From: the human T2T-CHM13v2.0 reference genome, Homo sapiens
Direction: 5' to 3' (one strand)
NCBI RefSeq assembly: GCF_009914755.1
Contig: NC_060940.1
Length of the DNA: 64,000 bases
Shown here: piece by piece, positions 51,694 through 64,000 of the stretch
How the letters are laid out: the number at the start of each line of letters is the position of its first letter
How positions within the stretch are numbered: the first letter of the stretch is position 1
Made by a program: the position numbers and the translations under genes
Notes under the pieces: model-generated
The model's database searches: none
What the model was told of the DNA's origin: nothing
The model's input: only the letters and a program-made list of their open reading frames with translations

Positions 51694-51918
51694 TCAAAAA
51701 AAAAAAAAAGAAAGAAAGAAAGAAAAGAAGCCCAGTCTCGGTCAGGTGTGGTGCCTCACACCTGTAACCCCAGCACTTTGTGAGCCTGACGGGGGCAGAT
51801 CACTTGAGGTCAGGAGTTCATTACCAGCCTGGCCAACATGGTGAAACCCCGTCTCTACTAAAAAACAATTAAAAATTAGCCGGGTGTGGTGGCAGGTGCC
51901 TGTAATCCCAGCTACTCA

Positions 51919-52477
<559 letters not shown>

Positions 52478-53179
52478 AAGTGAGAAAGAGAAGGTCAAGA
52501 TGCCAGGCTCCAGGGAATGTCATAAATTCAGGTCAGCAAAAATGAGTCACACCAGGAGTAAGGAACATATAAATAGCATTCCTTCCTCAACAAAATATCC
52601 TCTTCCAGCTGGGACGGAGACGTCATCCCCTCTTCTCCCCTTTCTGCCTTTCTCTTAGGCTTCCTCCTTCCTGGGGATCCTGGGCATTTTGACTCATAGC
52701 TGGGCCTCCTCCTACTCCCAGGAGATGAGGGTGTAAGGTCAGCTGAGAGAAAGGAAAAATAGACCTAAAGTTAGGCAGGCAACTTTTTATTAATCTGCCA
52801 GCTGCTCCCCTAATAGAGAGGAAGCAGCCCCAAGCTTACAGAATGAGGGGTTTATATTGGGGAGGGGAGTTTGAGGGAGTTCTTTGGTATGGCCGCATCT
52901 CGGGGTTGTTTGCTGGTTAATTTTTCTACATATTACCTTGTGACGTTTATTACAGGAGGGTGTAGGTAAAGTTTGTTTATGTTTCCCACAACCTCCCCCT
53001 GTGCGGTGTGGATGATTTGTACCTGGGGTTTGCTTATTGCAGCAAGGTCTGATAAGTGAAGTCTGCTGGCTTCACCGCGGCACCTAGATAAGGGCTTAGA
53101 AATGTAAAGAGGCTTGGGGGAAGGGTGGGCAGCACCAAGAAGCTTTCTTGGGCAGTTTGTCCCTAACATTCCAGCCCTT

Positions 53180-54760
53180 TAATAGGTAATAGAAGAGGGG
53201 TGCCATTGTCTGGCTGCTTCTTGCTGGGAAGGGGCGACGGTTGTGGGGGAAGGCTGGACAGTAGGGACTACAGTTTTTGGAGCCATTGGTATTCCTGGAG
53301 CAGCATTATATCTTGTATTGTCGCATAGGTGAAGGCTCTGATACGGTCCTGTAAAAACTGGGTGAGATGGTGTAGGAGACAAGGGCCGAATGCTAGGAAA
53401 AGAAAAATGGTTATGGCCGGGCCTAGAAGGGGCATTAGCTATGGAAACTAGGTATTAAAAGACCAGGAGGGCCACGCTGGCCATCAAGGGATGTTTTCTT
53501 TAATTTTTTGTGCTCGGTCCTTTAGTCTTTTTACAGCATGTTGTACTAAGCCAGACTGGTTAAGATAAAAGCAACACTTTTCATCTAGAAAAAGGCAGAG
53601 TCCTCCTTTTTCGGCTGTGAGTAGGTCTAAGTCTCTGTGGTTTTGAAGAACCATTGCTGCTAAATAATTTATTTGTGATTGGAGAGTTGTAATGGATTTG
53701 GCTATTTTTTCCAAGCTATTTGTGAGGTCTTTGGAGAGGGATTGGTAATAGGAAACGGAGGTGGTTAATCCCGCAATCCCAGTTCCAACTCCTGTAGTTA
53801 TTCCGAGGTCTACTAATAGAGGTATGAGTTGTATAGCACGGCGGTGTCAGATAGGGGTATTAACGGGGATTGGTAGGGGTTGGTCTCCTGGGGCAACGTT
53901 GATTTTTGGACTGAGGAAAACCAGGGTGTGCAGGCGCCCATCCAGTTAGAGGGGAGGCAAATATAAGTTGAGGTACTGCATAGGAAAAGTATGCCTTGGT
54001 TTGTTAGAGAGAACTGGTGTGTATGCTAAAAAGATATACATTTTGTTATTTTCATGCATTTATACTTCTGGGGTCCCGGCTAGGGCTGCTGCTGTAAGTG
54101 GTTGTAAAGGGGTGTTTGGTTTAGGCTGGGAGGCTTTTGGGTTCTTTTTTTTGCCAGTGTAAGAGGAAGCGTTTTGTTTCCACTAAGATGCATGTGGGAG
54201 TGTTGTTGAATGTTGGGAGAAGGAGACAGTCCCGGGTGGTGGGTGTAGGGTAAGGATGGTGCATGGAGAGGGGAGTCAAGGGAAGAGGGATAAACAGGGG
54301 AGGTGTTGGCCATTACAGTACCCTTAATTTTTGTTAAGGAGGTGGAGGCTAGAGAAATAAAGCCTGTCTTTTTTGTTGGCGGCTTTGAGAGTAGTATGTT
54401 CGGTGGGAGGTTTGAGTTGTAGGGTAAAGTTGCAGTTTGGAATTCAGGTGGCTGAGGGGAATGCCAGAGGGTAGATGTCATTGGATGCACAGCAGTGCTG
54501 GATAGGATAAGATTTTGTGGGTTGTTATGGCTCCTAATACGGGTTTATCACAGCTGTGGTAGGGGGATAGGTTGCGTAAATAGGGATGTAAGGTTGTAAC
54601 AGCTGGACCCAACTCATTAGCTAACTGAGGGGAGATTTCTGTTAATGCCTGCATGTCGAGTTCGAGGGGGCTGTTAATGAGGATTTCGGGATGGTAGGTT
54701 ACTTGGGTGGAAGTCCAGTTACAGGCTGAGGCAGGGATTGCATTGTATATTGTGGAGAGG
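53180..54760 (-). pseudogene. Disrupted ERV env (partial SU plus TM with immunosuppressive domain)
   Basis: Furin site and fusion peptide *HRR/AIQLIPLL...GVGTGIAG, the ISD and CLFLDEKCC are recognisable; stops and frameshifts are present. Confidence 0.85.
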
Positions 54761-57582
54761 AGGGATAGAGGAGGTTCCTGGAGGTAGGGGTTTAGCTTCA
54801 ATTACTCGGCCAAGGAAAACAACTGCATACCCAGCAATTTTGGGGGAGCCAGTGGGTACGGAAGAGGAGCTATCTATAAATAGCTGGTCATTGGGGTTGG
54901 TGAGAGGCTGGGAGGAAATGTTTAGAAAGTGTGGCTGCAGGTGATCTAGGATGTTAGTATAAGAATGAGTAGAAGGGGAAGAAGATACAGGGAGTAAGGA
55001 TGCTGGGTTGAGGGGAGCACTTTTGAAAAGACTGAATTTGGGATTTTCGATAAAGAAGGCATGGAGTAAGCCGGGCGCGGTGGTTGACGCCTGTAATCCT
55101 AGCACTTTGGGAGGCTGAGGCGGGTGGATCACCTGAGGTCAAGAGTTCGGGACCAGCCTGGCCAACATGGTGAAACCCCCTCTCTACTAAAAATACAAAA
55201 ATTAGCCAGGCGTGGTGGCACACGCCTGTAATCCCAGCTATGCAAGACACTGAGGCAAGAGCGAAACTCCATCTCAAAAAAAAAAAAAAAAAAGGCATGG
55301 AGTAATTGAATCCATGAAGGAGAAAGGGAGCCTAATGCTCAGGAGGAGAGGAGATCTTGTAGATTATGAGGACTGCAGACGGTGGTATTCTGGCTGAAAG
55401 TTAGTTTCCTGCTTTTTAGAGCTAAAATGGCCACCACTGCTAGTGCTTTAAGGCAGGTTGGCCACCCTTTGACTGTGTCATCTAGTTGTTTAGAGAGGTA
55501 AGTTACAGGGGCAAAAGAAGGAGGATTTTTTTCCTGTTGTCCTAAGACATCGAGGGTTATTCCTCAGTTTTTGGAAGTATGGAGAGTGAAAGGTTGGGAG
55601 ATAATAGGTAAGGACAGAGTTGGTGCAGTGACGAGCGGTTTTGAGTTTGTAGAAGCTGGGGAGTATGTTATGTGAGGGTTTTAGGGGTTCATCGAGAGGG
55701 TGTTTGGCCGCTTTATAGAGGGGGCAAGCTAGGAGGGTAAAGTTGAGAATCCATATTCTAAAGAAGCCTGCTAACCCTGGGAAGGAAAGGATTTCTCGTT
55801 TGGAAGAGCGCGGGGGGTAGATTATTAATGCTGCTCAGGCTGGGGTCACAGTCCAGGCCCCAGGGGAAGTTGAATTTCTAAGTAGGTTACCATGGAGGTG
55901 GAGAATAGTGTGGAGTTTTGAAAAGGGTATCTCTGCCCAGGAGCGGAGTTGGACATGAGGGCAGGACTAAGGAAGAGTGAGTGAAGGAAAAACTGTGCAG
56001 GGAGCAGAAGAGTGGAGGGGTGGCTCGGGGTTTGGTGACTTGTCCATCAATTCCTACAACAGAGACCTGGGAGGACTGGGTGGGTCCTGAAAAATTAGGT
56101 AAAGCAGAGTAGTTTGTCCCGGTATTAATTTAAAAAATATATATACTGGCCCATTTGCCACCATTAGGGTTATTTTGGCTTGAATGAAGAGATGGTAGTT
56201 GCTGGGGGCGTTCATTCCAGGGCACCGTCAAGTCTTCAGTGGCAAGGCCGATGAAATCCGAGTAGGAGGTTTTGGCTGGCTCAGGAGGGGATGGGGGCAG
56301 TCCTTGCTGGGGCCACTCACAGTCTGACTTCCAGTGGGGTCCTCCACAGAGGGGGCATGGCCTGGTGGGCTTTCCTGGGTTTGGGCATTGTCTGGACCAG
56401 TGGCCTTTATTGCCACACTTGGAACAGGTGCCAGGTGGAAGTGAATTGTTAGGAGGCTTCCATGTGGAGCTGCGGTCCCGTGGGCCTGCAGGGCCTCTAA
56501 TGGCAAAGGCAAGCATTTGAAACTTTGCCTGTTTTTGCCTTTTATTTTCCTCATTATGATTGTTAAAGATTTTGAAGGCTAAATTAAGAAGGTCTCATTG
56601 TGGGGTTTGAGGGCCATTGTCAAGCTTCTGAAACTTGCATCAAATATTGGGAGTGGATTGGGAGATGAACTGAAGGTTTAAAATATTGGGAGACAAACTG
56701 AAGGTTTAAAATAGTGTTTCTTTTTGGGCTGGCTGGGTCTGGGTTGGTATATTTTCTCATGGCTTCAGTTAAATCAGAGAGAAAAAGGGCTGGGTTTTCG
56801 TTAGGAACCTTGGGTGATTTCTGAAAGTTTTTTATAGTTTACCGCTTTATAGGCAAACTTTTGGAGTCCTGCAAAGAGACATACAATCATGTGGTCTCAA
56901 TGGTGGCGTCCAGAGGCCCCGTCTTGATAATCCTAGGGTGGTCCTGGTTGGGGACTGCCTTTGCACCAGTAGGCTGGGCAGGAGCCTGGTGATGAATGGT
57001 ATCAGCATGTGCCTGATCTAGGGTCCAGTTATGGTCTCGGTCTTCTGGGGTGAGGGTAGAAGAGAGGATGATGTAGGGGTTATGCTAGGTTAGTTCATAA
57101 GACTGGGTAAGGTACTGAAACTTCCTAATATAAGAGGTAGGGTCTTCTGGAAATGAACCAAGTCTTTTGTTAATTACAGAGAGATCAGTGAGGGAGAAGG
57201 GAACATAAACTCTAACAATACTTTCAGCTCCTGCTGCTTCCTGAAGGGGAAGTAAGGGAGCTGGTTGCTGAACATGTTGGGCCCAAGAGCGGGTGAGGGG
57301 TGGAGACGGAGAGGAACCAGAGTCAGAAGCGGGGTGGTTTGAGAGACGGGGAGAAGGGTAGAGCTGGAACGGGGACATACAGTGGAGGATTAGGATGCTC
57401 CTGTGGAGGATCGTGATGCTGTCGGGGAGGGGGAAAATTGGCAGAGTCAAAGGAAGAGGAATCGTCCTAAGCTGGGGCTGTGGGGAGGAGGATAGGAGGC
57501 GAGTCAGATTTGGAGCGGACAAGGAGGATTTAGAAAGTAGAACAAGACTGACAGAGGGAATGGCAGTTACAGAGAGTGAAGA

Positions 57583-58344
<762 letters not shown>

Positions 58345-58593
58345 AAGAAAACCTGAACATAAGGAATCTCAGACCATTTCCCACTGTGATGGCAAAAGTT
58401 GTAAAGTGCTATTTTTGGGCCATTGGGAGCCACTGTCCAGTTGGTATTGAGGCCATGTGGTATTGCAGTAAAAGATAAGCCTCTTAGAACAGACCTCTGG
58501 GCCGGGTGTGGTGGCTCACGCCTGTAATCTCAGCACTTTGGGAGGCCGAGGCGGGCGGATCATGAGGTCAGGAGATCGAGACCATCCTGGCTA

Positions 58594-59079
<486 letters not shown>

Positions 59080-60157
59080 TCACCCTGGTGGAGGTGGTGG
59101 ATGAAGTCGTCAGCAATGGGAGAGTCTAGGAGATTCTCTGGGTCTTTGGCAGGTTCAGGGAAGGGGAGATTGGCTGGAAGAGGGGTGATAGGGTAGGGAG
59201 TAGGGAGGGAGACAGACAGAGAGAGTGAGTGAGTGAGTGAGTCCTGGCCAGAGGCTATCCCCTTCCCGGGTTTTGGCACCAGAATGTAAGGTCAGCCAAG
59301 AGAAAGGAAAAACAGACCCAAAGTTAGGCAGGTAACTTTTTATTAACCTGCTGGCTGCTCCCTTAACAGTCAGAGAGGAAGTAGCCCCAAGCTTACAGAA
59401 TGAGGGGTTTATATTGGGGAGGGGAGTTTGATGGAGTTCTTTCGTATGGCCGCATCCTGGGGTTGTTTGCTGGTTAATTTTGCTACATATTACCTTGTGA
59501 CGTTTATTACAGGAGGGTGTAGGTAAAGTTTGTTTATGTTTCCCATGACCTCCCCCTGTGCAGTGTGGGTGGTTTGTAATTGGGGTTTGCTTATTGCAGC
59601 AAGGTCTGATAAGCAAAGTCTGCTGGCTTCACCGTGGTGCCTAGGTAAGGGCTTAGAAATGTAAAGAGGCTTGGGGGATGGGTGGACAGCACCAAGAAGG
59701 TTTCTTGGGCAGTTTGTCCCTAACAGAGGGCTGGTTTGGAGTCAGGGAATCCTGGGGAAGAACACTGACCACTCAGGAAACATATCAAAAAACAGACACA
59801 TATCCTAAGTCTACATTCATTTCATAAAAATGTATTGGCCCCCTCTTGTGTGCCAAGCATTATTCTTGGGTGGCGAAGACATTGGTGAGGCAAGATAAAG
59901 TCCCTGCACTAAGTTTACACTAAGCTGGGGGAGAGAGATACCAGGTATGAATTCAGCTGACACGAGTTTGGGGAAGACCTTCTAGGCAGATTGTGTCCAG
60001 GATAAAAACACAGAGGCACAGTTCTGAGGCTTCTAGCATGGGACAGACAGACTCCTGGAGGAATTTCTTAGAGATAGCATTGAAGGTCATTGACAGAGGA
60101 ATTTGATTTGCAAGTGTAGCCTATATAGAACAGAGTAGCTAGAACAAAGGCTCATTA

Positions 60158-60430
<273 letters not shown>

Positions 60431-60529
60431 TTAGCTCCAGCTAAATGGATGGAATCTTTGTTCTCTGAACGTGCCTGTTTTTTTCTGGAGACAGAGTCAG
60501 TCTTCTTCTGTCACTCAGCAAAGTGCTGA

Positions 60530-60700
<171 letters not shown>

Positions 60701-61632
60701 TGAGTAGCTGAGACTACAGGCGCCTGCAATCACACCCAGCTAATTTTTGTGTTTTTAGTAGAAATGGGGTTTCACCATGTTGGCCAGGCTGGTCTTGATC
60801 TCTTGACCTCGTGATCCACCCACCTCGGCCTCCCAAAGTGCTGAGATTACATGTGTGAGCCACCGCGCCTAGCTAATTGTTGTAGAGATGGGTTTTCGCC
60901 ATGTTGCCCAGACTGGTCTTAAACTTCTGGGGCTCAAGTGATCTGCTCCCATTGGGCTCCCAAAGTGCTGGGATTATAGGCATGAGCCACTGCGCCTGGC
61001 AACCTACATTTTTAAAAGACACTCAGCCAGGCACAGTGGTTCACACCTGTAATCCCAGCACTTTGGGAGGCTGAGATGGGAGGATCACTCAAGGTCAGGA
61101 GTTTGAGACCAGCCTGGGCTCCTGAGACAGGTTCCAAAAATAAAAACCCATAACAACAAAAGAAAGACCAGCCTGGGTGACAGAGTGAGAACTTTTCTCT
61201 AAAAAATTTTTTTTTTTTAATTAGCCAGGTATAATGGTGCACACTTGTAGTCCCAGCTATGCAGGACTGAGGCGGGAGGATGGCTTGAGCCCAGGAATTC
61301 AAGGCTGCAGTGAGCTAAGATCACACCACTGCATTCTAACCTGGGTGACACAGACAGACCGTCTCAAAATAATAATAATGATAATAATAATAAAAGATAA
61401 CCTCGTGATTCTGCATCAGGGAGGCCTTATTTGAAAATACTAGCCTAGTATTAACTTCTTTGGGTCATATACATCTTTGCATGCCTACATGCCTATTCCT
61501 AGAGACACACACATACACAAACATTCCAAGGAGTTTTAGGGGTCTTGGAGCTCAGATCAACACCTAGCCTTATTTTATTATTATTATTTTTTGAGACGGA
61601 GTTTCACTCTTTTTTTTTTTTTTTTTTTTTGA

Positions 61633-61821
<189 letters not shown>

Positions 61822-61855
61822 TAGCCAGGATGGTCTCAATCTCCTGACCTCATGA

Positions 61856-62023
<168 letters not shown>

Positions 62024-62409
62024 TGAGTAGCTGGGATTATAGGCACCCGCCACCACACCCGGCTAACTTTTGTATTTTCAATAGAGACGGGATTTCACCA
62101 TGTTGGCTAGGCTGGTCTTGAACTACTGACCTCAGGTGATCTGCCCACCTCGGCCTCCCAAAGTGCTGGGATTACAGGCGTGAGCCACTGCACCCGGTCT
62201 CCCACCCTTAAATGGCCTGGACAGACGAGGGATGGGCATGTGGCCATGGCCTTTACTTCTCACTCTGGCTGGCCACTTGGATGTGGCTTATTCTGTTGAT
62301 GCAGACAAGCATATCCTCAATGCACAGTGAAGCCTGGGAAAGCCCCTTCCTGACTTCAATTGCTTCTGGGGCTGACCCTCAAAGACCTGTGGTAGCAGAG
62401 AGAAAAGGA

Positions 62410-64000
<1,591 letters not shown>

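Noticed and set aside
53484-53850. Functional or captured env (syncytin-like) gene
   Set aside because: A stop precedes the furin site, another follows the ectodomain, SU is frameshifted and 5'-deleted; only a 76-aa ORF remains.
59264-59281. tRNA-Phe gene
   Set aside because: Only the 18-nt retroviral primer-binding site complementary to the tRNA 3' end.

Overview
This is primate genomic DNA, almost certainly human chr16p11.2, and it is very Alu-dense. It is not prokaryotic and contains no CRISPR array, rRNA or tRNA gene. In order, the window holds: (1) the last 22 coding exons and 3'UTR of ITGAL (integrin alpha-L/CD11a, + strand, 50-~34155); (2) ZNF768 (- strand, 540 aa, with CTD-like heptads and 10 C2H2 fingers); (3) a probable fossil C2H2 zinc-finger gene at ~39.7-40.4 kb; (4) ZNF747 (- strand, KRAB plus 4 fingers) with its CpG-island promoter and a MER4A-type solo LTR; (5) an RPL7L1 processed pseudogene; (6) two solo LTR2 elements; (7) a deleted HERV-F-group provirus with tRNA-Phe PBS and a 5-bp TSD; (8) a paralogous copy of the ZNF747 3' region at the window end, probably downstream of ZNF764. 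I found no convincing novel 'system'. The most unusual local features are an 80-bp copy of an ITGAL exon inserted into a nearby Alu, two decayed ZNF relics, an L2-derived in-frame ITGAL cassette exon, and a locally copied Alu arm. Gene and repeat names are from recognition of the sequence, not database searches. ITGAL exon numbers assume a 31-exon gene.
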